24,853 nt of DNA. Source: a virus. Lineage: Duplodnaviria; Caudoviricetes. Below, in pieces: positions 1 through 7,805 of the stretch. Position 1 is the stretch's first letter. Every line of letters starts with the position of its first letter. The position numbers and the translations under genes are program-made. The notes under the pieces were generated by a model. The model had not been told where the DNA came from, did not search any database, and was given only the letters and a program-made list of their open reading frames with translations. The DNA lies in the IMG/VR virus record IMGVR_UViG_3300008255_000454, positions 1 through 24,853 of that record; one strand, given 5' to 3'.

Positions 1-129
1 GTGAATGGTAAGGAGATGTCCGAAGCAGATGCGAAGAAGATGTTCGAGAAGCCGAAGACCCCGGATGAAATCGATGCACTCCGAACATTAGCAAAGCACT
101 TCGGCTATCGTCTGGTGAGTGAAGGATAA
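1..129 (+). CDS. 3' end of a HRxxGLPA-repeat family protein (partial; VNGKEMSEADAKKMFEKPKTPDEIDALRTLAKHFGYRLVSEG*)
   Basis: Frame 1 is open to TAA at 127-129. nt 1-45 are identical to 4217-4261. The C-terminus (KPK..IDAL...GYxLV) parallels that of 2846..3247. Confidence 0.8.
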   Translation: MNGKEMSEADAKKMFEKPKTPDEIDALRTLAKHFGYRLVSEG

Positions 130-191
130 GAAGCGATAACCACACGACTTACAACAATCTTCACTATTTTCGGACAATTCGCTAAAATCCC

Positions 192-220
192 TTGACAGCT
201 TCCCCACAATAGCCGATAAT
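192..220 (+). promoter_or_regulatory. sigma70-type early promoter P1
   Basis: TTGACA (192-197), 17 nt, GATAAT (215-220). An AGAAGGA Shine-Dalgarno precedes ATG 256. Confidence 0.7.
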
Positions 221-255
221 GGTTCATGTAACGCGAACAGGAAAGAAGGAACCAT

Positions 256-1413
256 ATGAGTTATTATAGAAAACGTCGCCAGCCGAAGTCCGCCGAAGAT
301 ATTCTGTCACAAATCAATAAGATCATGGCGGACATGACCCCCGGCGTTTCCTATATGGCAACTCAATTTAATCGCATGGCTGCCGCTAATATTCGTAAGC
401 GAATTAAGAAGACGAACACGGGCAGTTTGAACATGCGGAAGCTGGCGAATTATAAAACCAGCGAGAATGTTTTTCTTCGCCGTATGACCACCCCCACGGG
501 AAAGAATCATGCATTGGTTTTGATTGTTGACTGGTCTTCTTCGATGCTTTCGATTCTCCGGGACACCCTTCGGCAGGTGGTCACCTTGGCATTGTTTGCG
601 GAAAAGACCGGAATCCCGATGTATGTCTATGGATTTACATCATGTCATTATAACACGTCGCGACCGAATTATGATAAGCTTTCCGGCTCCGGAGCCGGGG
701 CGATTATCGCCGATGCCGGTTTTGCCATGTTGGAACTCTACAATAGCACCAAATTGAAAACGGGCGTGAAACGTCGTGAAGCAATGGGTAATTTGCTTTA
801 CCTTGGGATCACAAAAAAATTCCCTTCTGGTTATAGTATGGGCGGCACCCCACTTGTCGACGCAGCCGTTGCTTCTGTCGGCATTTATGAAAAAATCATT
901 GCGGATACCGGAGTCGATATTCTGAATTCGATTTGGATTACGGACGGACAGGGTGGTGGCGGTTGTGATAATTATCAGACCGTGATTGATGAAAAAACAA
1001 AGTATGAAGTAAGCTTTACTGATTCGTATGATTGCTTACAGTTGCAGATCGCCGCACACAAAATTGCAAAGAGTCGTGTGCCACAGCTTCAATTGTTTGG
1101 ATATTTCATCGGAAAATCTGAATATGAAGCCCTTAACGGTATGCGACATATGGGGTTCAGTAAATACGCAGGGGGAATTGACCCAGTATATGACCAGAAG
1201 AAGGGTTATGCCTTTGCGTCCAATGAAGTTTGGGACGGATATTACGGAATTGCTTCGAATACTCTGAAGGATAAATCACGTAAATACATTGATATCAACG
1301 GTGTACATAATACCAAACAATTGTCGAACGCTTTTACCGACAATATGAAGAAGAAGCAGGTAAATAAGGTATTACTCAATCATTTTGCTGAAAAGCTGGC
1401 TAAGATGGTTTAA
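256..1413 (+). CDS. CobT-like von Willebrand factor A (VWA) domain protein, probable partner of the AAA+ ATPase
   Basis: MIDAS motif LIVDWSSSM (DxSxS), GGTPL, ITDGQG; N-terminal TGSLNMRKLANYK..ENVF typical of the T4-like phage CobT-like proteins; adjacent to the CobS/MoxR ATPase. Confidence 0.8.
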   Translation: MSYYRKRRQPKSAEDILSQINKIMADMTPGVSYMATQFNRMAAANIRKRIKKTNTGSLNMRKLANYKTSENVFLRRMTTPTGKNHALVLIVDWSSSMLSILRDTLRQVVTLALFAEKTGIPMYVYGFTSCHYNTSRPNYDKLSGSGAGAIIADAGFAMLELYNSTKLKTGVKRREAMGNLLYLGITKKFPSGYSMGGTPLVDAAVASVGIYEKIIADTGVDILNSIWITDGQGGGGCDNYQTVIDEKTKYEVSFTDSYDCLQLQIAAHKIAKSRVPQLQLFGYFIGKSEYEALNGMRHMGFSKYAGGIDPVYDQKKGYAFASNEVWDGYYGIASNTLKDKSRKYIDINGVHNTKQLSNAFTDNMKKKQVNKVLLNHFAEKLAKMV

Positions 1414-1441
1414 TCCAAAAACAAATGAAAATTCTTCAATC

Positions 1442-1487
1442 AAATCCTAACTACCTTAAACCAGGGCAGTTAGGATTTATCTTTTTT
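1442..1487 (+). terminator. Rho-independent terminator
   Basis: AAATCCTAACT...AGTTAGGATTT inverted repeat followed by ATCTTTTTT. Confidence 0.7.
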
Positions 1488-1497
1488 GTGAAATAGC

Positions 1498-1525
1498 TTG
1501 ACAATCGGGGTAATTCGACTATACT
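1498..1525 (+). promoter_or_regulatory. sigma70-type early promoter P2
   Basis: TTGACA (1498-1503), 16 nt, TATACT (1520-1525); very similar to P5 at 9466. Confidence 0.7.
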
Positions 1526-1583
1526 GGTATTGTTGATTGAGTGATTGACTTTTGAACTACGGGAATCAGGAAAGGTTCTGAAA

Positions 1584-2801
1584 ATGGCAAATGTGATTTT
1601 CTTCGATGCGAACGGTAAGATTTCTTCGACCAAAGTTAAGGGTCGTGGTCGCCCCCCGAAGGGTGCTGTGAAGCAGCCGAACGGCGATTTGCATGTTCCC
1701 TTCCAAGCTACAAATGTGGGCAATGCCCCTTCCCCGAAGACCGGGAAAAAGCTCAAGAAGTCTAAGGAATTTGTCGTGAAGACTCCTCGTCGGGAACGAA
1801 TTGCGGAAGCCAAGAAGGAATTTTATTCCCCGTCGGCGAACCCCGTTCGTGTGAAGACCATCGATTCCACGATGGACATGCATGGGAATCCGATCAATCG
1901 GACGCCTGTGGTTGACCCGCTGTATGTGCAATGGGGGCACCATGCCGATATTTTGAAAATCGCGAAGTCTGGTTTGTTTTTCCCCGTCTTCGTGACTGGT
2001 CTTTCTGGTAACGGGAAGACCTTCATGATCGAACAAATTGCCGCACAGTTGAAACGTCCTTGGTTTCGTGTGAACATCACTACTGAAACCGAAGAAGACG
2101 ATTTGCTCGGCGGGTTCCGTTTGATCGATGGTGATACGGTCTGGGTCGACGGTCCGGTTGTCGAAGCCTTGAAGACCCCGAACGCAATGTTGTTGTTGGA
2201 TGAAATCGATTTGGGTGGGGCGGCATTGATGACGCTTCAGCCGGTGCTCGAAGGCAAGGGTGTGTTTATCAAGAAGACGAACACCTGGATTGAACGAGCA
2301 CCCGGTGTTCAGATTTTCGCCACCGGCAATACGAAGGGACGCGGTGACGATTCGGGTAAGTTTGCAGGAACCAACATGATGAACGAAGCCATGTTGGAAC
2401 GCTTCGCGGTTACGATGGAGCAGCCTTATCCCGATGCAGCAATTGAGACGCAGATTCTCGACAAGGTTTTCGTTGACCTTGGAATTGAAAACGATAATCT
2501 GAAGGGCAATTTGATCGCCTGGGTCTCCACCATCCGGTCTGCCTATCTTGAACAGGCTATCGATGATATGATCACCACCCGCCGACTGGTCAAATTTGCC
2601 GAAGGATATTCGATCTTCAAGAACGAATTGAAGGTAATCGATATGATCACCTCCCGCTTTGAAGACCATGTCCGGGAAGCCTTCAAGGACTTGTGGAAGA
2701 AGGTTTCCACGGTCGAAACGGTCGATCCCGTTTCGGTTGATACCGAAGCGAATCCCGTTGTGACCGATGTAAACGCCAAGGGATATAAGACCCCCTTCTA
2801 A
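1584..2801 (+). CDS. cobS: CobS/MoxR-like AAA+ ATPase with N-terminal AT-hook-like extension
   Basis: Walker A GLSGNGKT, RVNIT.ET.EDDLLGG, Walker B LLLDEID, ATGNTKGRG, NEAMLERF, TRRLV. ATG 1584 follows an AGGAAAGG SD (the ORF track extends to TTG 1545). Confidence 0.88.
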   Translation: MANVIFFDANGKISSTKVKGRGRPPKGAVKQPNGDLHVPFQATNVGNAPSPKTGKKLKKSKEFVVKTPRRERIAEAKKEFYSPSANPVRVKTIDSTMDMHGNPINRTPVVDPLYVQWGHHADILKIAKSGLFFPVFVTGLSGNGKTFMIEQIAAQLKRPWFRVNITTETEEDDLLGGFRLIDGDTVWVDGPVVEALKTPNAMLLLDEIDLGGAALMTLQPVLEGKGVFIKKTNTWIERAPGVQIFATGNTKGRGDDSGKFAGTNMMNEAMLERFAVTMEQPYPDAAIETQILDKVFVDLGIENDNLKGNLIAWVSTIRSAYLEQAIDDMITTRRLVKFAEGYSIFKNELKVIDMITSRFEDHVREAFKDLWKKVSTVETVDPVSVDTEANPVVTDVNAKGYKTPF

Positions 2802-2845
2802 AATGGGGAATTTTTCAGCCTGCGAACTACGGAAAAGAGAAAATC

Positions 2846-3247
2846 ATGAAAACAGAAATCAAAAAGACAGACAAAAACGGAAACATCTCCTACTATAACG
2901 AGAAGGATCAATACCACCGCGACAATGGTCTTCCTGCCGTCGAATATTCCAACGGATATAAGGCATGGTATGTGGATGGAAAACGCCACCGCGAAGATGA
3001 TCTTCCTGCCATCGAAGGTGCCGACGGATATAAGGAATGGCGGGTGAATGGAAAACTCCACCGCGAAGGTGGTCTTCCTGCCGTCGAATATGCCGACGGA
3101 TATAAGGCATGGTATGTGAATGGTGTTGAAATGACCGAAGCAGAGGCGAAGAAGATGTTCGCGAAGCCGAAGCCGTCGAAGACCATCGATATTGACGCAC
3201 TCAATGCAGCAATTCTTCCCCTTGGATATAAGATTGTGAAGGTCTGA
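2846..3247 (+). CDS. HRxxGLPA 24-aa repeat protein (MORN/YwqK-like beta-hairpin repeats, 3 copies) with a C-terminal LGYKIV tail
   Basis: Three tandem HR[D/E]xxLPA[V/I]ExxxGYKxWxVxG units followed by the linker MTEAEAKKMF. Confidence 0.8.
   Translation: MKTEIKKTDKNGNISYYNEKDQYHRDNGLPAVEYSNGYKAWYVDGKRHREDDLPAIEGADGYKEWRVNGKLHREGGLPAVEYADGYKAWYVNGVEMTEAEAKKMFAKPKPSKTIDIDALNAAILPLGYKIVKV
2915..3124 (+). repeat. Three tandem 72-bp coding repeats (units at 2915, 2987, 3059); further copies at 4160, 6745, 6817
   Basis: CACCG...CTTCCTGCCRTCGAA...AAGGMATGG...GTG recurs with 72-nt period. Confidence 0.9.
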
Positions 3248-3251
3248 TAAT

Positions 3252-3728
3252 ATGACTCCTTCCCCACAGCATTTAAGTCATGATTCGACCGGGGATTATC
3301 ATTCTAAAACTAATGATACCCCTGCCTATATTACACCCGATGGCACACAGTATTTTTATTTTCATGGAAAGCTGCACAGGGAAGATAATCTTCCCGCCGT
3401 AATTCATCCGGACGGCTCCCTTGAATATTGGTTCTTCGGAAGCAGACACCGGGAAGGACTCCCACAACTTCCTGCCGTGATCCGCAAATCCGGGGAATTG
3501 CCACGGGTCGAATATTGGTTGTATGGCAAGTTGCACAGGGAAGATGAAAATCAGCCTGCGGTTATTTCCGATGATGGGGAATTATTGGAATATTATCAGC
3601 ATGGAAAGCGGCACAGACTTGACGGTCCTGCATTAATCCGCTATGATAGTCATAGTCGGACGAGAATGAATTACTATTATGTCAATGGTGAATTCATCCG
3701 GAAGACCGTGGACGATAATGTAGATTGA
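3252..3728 (+). CDS. Diverged HRxxxPA repeat protein (about 4 units)
   Basis: GKLHREDNLPAVI, SRHREGLPQLPAVI, GKLHREDENQPAVI, GKRHRLDGPALI. Confidence 0.8.
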   Translation: MTPSPQHLSHDSTGDYHSKTNDTPAYITPDGTQYFYFHGKLHREDNLPAVIHPDGSLEYWFFGSRHREGLPQLPAVIRKSGELPRVEYWLYGKLHREDENQPAVISDDGELLEYYQHGKRHRLDGPALIRYDSHSRTRMNYYYVNGEFIRKTVDDNVD

Positions 3729-3730
3729 CG

Positions 3731-4096
3731 ATGAAAGAACAACTGTCATCCGACGAATTTCTGAAATTGCTTTCCCCCATTCTCAAAGAAGAAAATGGCT
3801 GGCATCGAGTAAATAAACCAGACGATTTATATCCTTATTTGGTGTGGCATATTCCTGAAAATATAACCAATGGTGCATTTTTGTTTATCCAGTCGATGGC
3901 TGGCAATTACATTGTAATCCCCCTTGTCGATAACCGAACAGGGGGGACCGAGACGTGTGAATATTATAATTCGCGGAAGAATAAATCCTTGCGGATCACA
4001 ATCGAGCAATTTTTGAAGATGGTGAATGATAGTCCGGACACGTTAAAATCCATCTTCCTGGAATTCCTGAAATTGTATCATGATCGACCGGTTTAA
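3731..4096 (+). CDS. WxIPE-family hypothetical protein #1
   Basis: PILKEENGW...VWHIPE...FLKLYH; ATG 3731 (the ORF track starts at TTG 3725). Confidence 0.75.
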   Translation: MKEQLSSDEFLKLLSPILKEENGWHRVNKPDDLYPYLVWHIPENITNGAFLFIQSMAGNYIVIPLVDNRTGGTETCEYYNSRKNKSLRITIEQFLKMVNDSPDTLKSIFLEFLKLYHDRPV

Positions 4097-4098
4097 TC

Positions 4099-4621
4099 AT
4101 GCGAAAAAAAAACAAATACAAATGGTGATATCTTCTACTATAATGAGAAGAATCGACTCCACCGCGAAGATGGTCTTCCTGCCGTCGAAGGTGCCGACGG
4201 TGATAAGGCATGGTATGTGAATGGTAAGGAGATGTCCGAAGCAGATGCGAAGAAGATGTTCAATAAAATCACATGGGAAGAATTCCGAAAGATATTCGAT
4301 CCTGTCTTCACAAAAGAGAAGGGCTGGCGAACCCACGAAACAGATTCATGGTATTATAAATGGATGATCCCGGAATCCACCACTGGTGCATATCTTTACG
4401 TACAATTAATCATGATGACCCAGTTCGATAACGCACCGCTAATTGCAGAATCTTTAATCATCGATACAAATAATAATGCAAGTGACCGCACAGCTAGGAA
4501 TACAGGTATTAGTGTAAAGTCAAGCGATCCGCGATTCACCACACTTGTCAATAATCCGGAAGAAATGAAGAAGGCAGTAATGAAGGTATTACACAGTCAC
4601 CACGAAGAAAAAAGGAATTAA
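4099..4621 (+). pseudogene. Repeat module + WxIPE-family fusion #2, out of frame at an A9 tract (4104-4112); pseudogene, phase-variable gene or sequencing error
   Basis: ATG 4099 reads MRKKNKYKW*. Removing one A gives MRKKTNTNGDIFYYNEKNRLHREDGLPAVEGADGDKAWYVNGKEMSEADAKKMF...EKGW...WMIPE...VLHSHH, collinear with 6685..7245. Confidence 0.7.
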
Positions 4622-4624
4622 ATC

Positions 4625-4885
4625 ATGCTAATTATAATTATGTCTATTCTACTACTGTTGGCTGCTATGGGGTTGTTGGTGTTTATATCGTCTGAGACGG
4701 CGGGTGAATTAGATTTGATTCAAGCAACACTGACCATCGTCGTCGGCTTCACATTAATGTCTATGGTTCTTATGTATTATGTGGGCTATCGCGATGGTCA
4801 GATCGATGCGATCAATGGTAAGATGCATTACAAGAAGGTCGTGGATAATGTAGATCGATATGAATTCATTAAGAAGGATGAATGA
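4625..4885 (+). CDS. Small membrane protein (2 predicted TM helices)
   Basis: Two long hydrophobic stretches followed by GYRDGQIDAINGK. Confidence 0.7.
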   Translation: MLIIIMSILLLLAAMGLLVFISSETAGELDLIQATLTIVVGFTLMSMVLMYYVGYRDGQIDAINGKMHYKKVVDNVDRYEFIKKDE

Positions 4886-4993
4886 TGATTAATTGCTGTA
4901 AACCATTGTGAAAAAACAGTGTATGATGATCGGGGGGAGTGAAGGGGGTGACGGGCTGCTTTACGCGGACTATCCTTCACAATCCAAAACAAT

Positions 4994-5061
4994 TTCAAAA
5001 AAATCCCGCCGCCAAAAAATATAATCCACATTCAAAAAATTCCCGCCAAAAAAATTCTGCC
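4994..5061 (+). repeat. A-tract/CCCGCC direct repeats upstream of P3
   Basis: TTCAAAAAAATCCCGCC (4994-5010), TTCAAAAAATTCCCGCC (5031-5047), AAAAAAATTCTGCC (5048-5061); related AAAAAAATTTCGCC at 5470-5483. Confidence 0.6.
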
Positions 5062-5079
5062 CAGAACCCGCTATTTCTA

Positions 5080-5108
5080 TTGACACTACCGGTTAAATCA
5101 AATATCAT
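5080..5108 (+). promoter_or_regulatory. sigma70-type promoter P3 (probably a leaderless transcript)
   Basis: TTGACA (5080-5085), 17 nt, TATCAT (5103-5108); 6 nt separate it from ATG 5115; no SD. Confidence 0.65.
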
Positions 5109-5114
5109 GAAGAC

Positions 5115-5444
5115 ATGGAATGGACACACGAAAACTTTCACCGGGTATTTGGTCCTCTTTTCCTTGAATCGAAGGGTTGGACGAGATATAGCGATTACTT
5201 GTATATTTGGGAAATTCCGGAATCGGATTACCCACAATCCAACTATTTGTTTGTTATTTTCGATCGTGGGGGCGCGGTATTTCGCTATGGATACGAATCC
5301 TCGATGATGATGCCGCACAAATATGAATGGAAACTTCCCCAACATAGAATGGAAATTGAAGAAATGTTTACCCGACCGGAAATTGTTGTTCGTGGATTGA
5401 ATGAATTGCTGGAAACATGGCACCGGAATGTCAATCATGTTTAG
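5115..5444 (+). CDS. WxIPE-family hypothetical protein #3
   Basis: FGPLFLESKGW...IWEIPE...YLFVIF...VFRYG...LLETWH. Confidence 0.8.
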   Translation: MEWTHENFHRVFGPLFLESKGWTRYSDYLYIWEIPESDYPQSNYLFVIFDRGGAVFRYGYESSMMMPHKYEWKLPQHRMEIEEMFTRPEIVVRGLNELLETWHRNVNHV

Positions 5445-5501
5445 TGAGAGCCGTGCGATTGCATAACATAAAAAAATTTCGCCTGTGATGCGACATTTTT
5501 A

Positions 5502-5529
5502 TTGACAATCCTCATGCTAATGATATAAT
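5502..5529 (+). promoter_or_regulatory. sigma70-type promoter P4 (extended -10; probably leaderless)
   Basis: TTGACA (5502-5507), 16 nt, TATAAT (5524-5529) preceded by TGn; 6 nt separate it from ATG 5536. Confidence 0.7.
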
Positions 5530-5535
5530 GAATTC

Positions 5536-5901
5536 ATGGAATTGACACCGGAAAATTTTGATCGGATATTCCAACCGATTCTCAAAAAAGAAAAGGGGTG
5601 GAAACACATTGGGGTCAGCACCCTGTTGTATTGTTGGAACATCCCGGAAGCGGAAGCCGATGATTCTCGCGAACAAGAATATCTGTTTGTTGTATTCTAT
5701 ACAAGAGACAATCAAACAACCGTATTTCGTTATGGAATTGATACCCTAATGCATCGCGAAGTTCGGCGGAAATACGAATTCACAACACCAGACGACGAAC
5801 ACATTATTTCAGATTTATTTCTTCATCCGGAGAAGGTAGTGGACGCATTGAATGGTCTTCTTCTAAATTGGCATATTGCGAACGACGGAATTAAATCATG
5901 A
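5536..5901 (+). CDS. WxIPE-family hypothetical protein #4
   Basis: FQPILKKEKGW...CWNIPE...YLFVVF...VFRYG...LLNWH; closest paralog of #3. Confidence 0.8.
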   Translation: MELTPENFDRIFQPILKKEKGWKHIGVSTLLYCWNIPEAEADDSREQEYLFVVFYTRDNQTTVFRYGIDTLMHREVRRKYEFTTPDDEHIISDLFLHPEKVVDALNGLLLNWHIANDGIKS

Positions 5902-6317
5902 AAACCACTCACCCAGTGTTTAAAGCGACAGAGTACATGACATCTTCTCTTGTTCAAGAATGGGCAAAAAAGTATTATCATGATGTGCTTTACCCCGGAA
6001 TTATCGAGTCGAAAAAATCCGAATGGAAGGTGTGGGACGTTGGTAGTGAGCCGTTTCCGGTTTATCTTCTCTGGAATATTCCAGAAGCGAACGACGATGT
6101 GACTTCTCTTTATTTTCGATTTCCGCACGTGAACAACGCTGGAAGGGTTTATACCGTATATTCGGTAATTGATGTTGGGATCATGGATAGTGACGGGGCA
6201 TGTTTGAGCTCCCGAAAAATTCGCATTGCAACCAAATCCAGCCAGACACATTTCGTAGAAGAAATTAAGAATGCCATCGTAACCCTACTTGACCAATTTC
6301 ACAATAAAAAATTATGA
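5898..6317 (+). CDS. WxIPE-family hypothetical protein #5
   Basis: ESKKSEW...LWNIPE...LLDQFH; ATGA overlap with the upstream gene. Confidence 0.78.
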   Translation: MKTTHPVFKATEYMTSSLVQEWAKKYYHDVLYPGIIESKKSEWKVWDVGSEPFPVYLLWNIPEANDDVTSLYFRFPHVNNAGRVYTVYSVIDVGIMDSDGACLSSRKIRIATKSSQTHFVEEIKNAIVTLLDQFHNKKL

Positions 6318-6688
6318 ATGACAAACAAAAACAATTTCGTCTCAAAATGATGCCCTTCCTTGCCGAAAGCAAGGGGTGGTCGGATCACGAGTGGTTTGTA
6401 CGGTGGAATATTCCGGAATCAGAGACGGAAACAGCTTTAGACACGTATTTGTTTGTGAATTTTAGTCCTTCGATGGACAAGGCGTTCTGTGTATATGGTG
6501 TGAATTGGTTTGGGGGGAAGGAAAGGGACCATAATCTTCCAGCCGATAGTCTTCGGATGTTACGCGTAACATCCGAAGACGATCCACGGATTCGTGACCC
6601 TAAAATGATCGTGGATGATCTTCTGCGGATACTGGATAATTATCACACCCATGTTTTGAGAACTAAATCCCTTGGTTGTGCCAAATGA
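6314..6688 (+). CDS. WxIPE-family hypothetical protein #6
   Basis: PFLAESKGW...RWNIPE...YLFVNF...ILDNYH; ATGA overlap. Confidence 0.78.
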   Translation: MNDKQKQFRLKMMPFLAESKGWSDHEWFVRWNIPESETETALDTYLFVNFSPSMDKAFCVYGVNWFGGKERDHNLPADSLRMLRVTSEDDPRIRDPKMIVDDLLRILDNYHTHVLRTKSLGCAK

Positions 6689-7245
6689 ATACGAAAACAA
6701 ACCAATACGGAAGCACCTTCTACTACAACGAGAAAGATCAACACCACCGTGATGGTGGTCTTCCTGCCGTCGAATATGCCGACGGTGATAAGGAATGGTG
6801 GGTGAATGGAAAACTCCACCGCGACAATGGTCTTCCTGCCATCGAATATGCCGACGGTGATAAGGAATGGTGGGTGAATGGAAAGAATATGACCGAAGCA
6901 AAGGCGAAGAAGATGTTCAATAAAATCACATGGGAAGAATTCCGAAAGATATTCGATCCTGTCTTCACAAAAGAAAAGGGATGGGAAATTGTAGAAGATC
7001 GTCCTGGGAAGTTTTATAAATGGAATATTCCGGAATATCCTGGGAATTATATTTACGTTCAATTGATAGTAGATCACAAAACAAAATTTGTAACACACCT
7101 GATAGTCGGAACAGAGGGAGGGAGTGAACATTGTAATAATGTAACCATTGGCACCAAAGACCCAGATTTTGTTGCGTGTGTTACTAATCCGAATATGATA
7201 AAAAAAACAGTATTGGATATTCTGGAGATTGTGCATAAGCTATGA
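6685..7245 (+). CDS. Repeat module (2 units) + WxIPE-family fusion #7
   Basis: Two HRDxGLPA repeats, MTEAKAKKMF linker, FDPVFTKEKGW...KWNIPE...ILEIVH; ATGA overlap at 6685. Confidence 0.8.
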   Translation: MNTKTNQYGSTFYYNEKDQHHRDGGLPAVEYADGDKEWWVNGKLHRDNGLPAIEYADGDKEWWVNGKNMTEAKAKKMFNKITWEEFRKIFDPVFTKEKGWEIVEDRPGKFYKWNIPEYPGNYIYVQLIVDHKTKFVTHLIVGTEGGSEHCNNVTIGTKDPDFVACVTNPNMIKKTVLDILEIVHKL

Positions 7246-7805
7246 TTAATTTATCTGAATATACCGGTCCTGGTGGGGTTGAAAAAAAACACCCATACTT
7301 TGACTCCAACACACCCGGCTGGTGTGCTCGTTTGGGTCAGAAAGTTCTCGTTCCTTTGTTCGACCTTGCTAATCAAAATAATAAGTGGTCAATGCGAACT
7401 CTTCTTCGAAATAAGGATCAACGACAATTGGATAGTACAAATACGTTCTCTATCCTGTTCGAGTGGGCGATTCCTGATATTGTGAAAATTCACCCAACAT
7501 CCGGAATGGAAATGCACCCAGTTTTGTATATCGGGCTTCCCAAAACAAAGGGGTCTATCCGTGGTCTTTGGAGTGACAGTTGGTTAACTTATAATCCAGG
7601 TATGAACAAGATCGTGGTTGGTGTTCATATGGAAGGAAAAGATATCGAAGGATGCCCACCAAAAAATGCAATCAGTTTATCTACAACAAATCCTTCGTAT
7701 GTAACATACAATATGAAAACATACATGGATGATTGCGACATTAATTTCTGGAAAAACATCATCAACGATGTTCTAAACGAGGTTCATCAGCAAAAATCAA
7801 TATGA
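7242..7805 (+). CDS. WxIPE-family hypothetical protein #8 (long, diverged)
   Basis: VPLF...NNKW...EWAIPD...WKNIINDVLNEVH; ATGA overlap. Confidence 0.72.
   Translation: MINLSEYTGPGGVEKKHPYFDSNTPGWCARLGQKVLVPLFDLANQNNKWSMRTLLRNKDQRQLDSTNTFSILFEWAIPDIVKIHPTSGMEMHPVLYIGLPKTKGSIRGLWSDSWLTYNPGMNKIVVGVHMEGKDIEGCPPKNAISLSTTNPSYVTYNMKTYMDDCDINFWKNIINDVLNEVHQQKSI

Noticed and set aside
1566-2669. 367-aa minus-strand ORF
   Set aside because: Antisense shadow of the conserved AAA+ ATPase; no motifs or expression signals.
2915-3130. CRISPR array
   Set aside because: The 72-bp units are in-frame coding repeats with no unique spacers and no cas genes.
4939-5307. 122-aa ORF spanning the A-tract region
   Set aside because: Low-complexity product that overlaps promoter P3 and the better-supported WxIPE gene 5115..5444.
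2915-6974. Diversity-generating retroelement (TR/VR pair)
   Set aside because: No reverse transcriptase in the window, and the differences between repeat copies are recurrent multi-base alleles that are not confined to adenines of one template.
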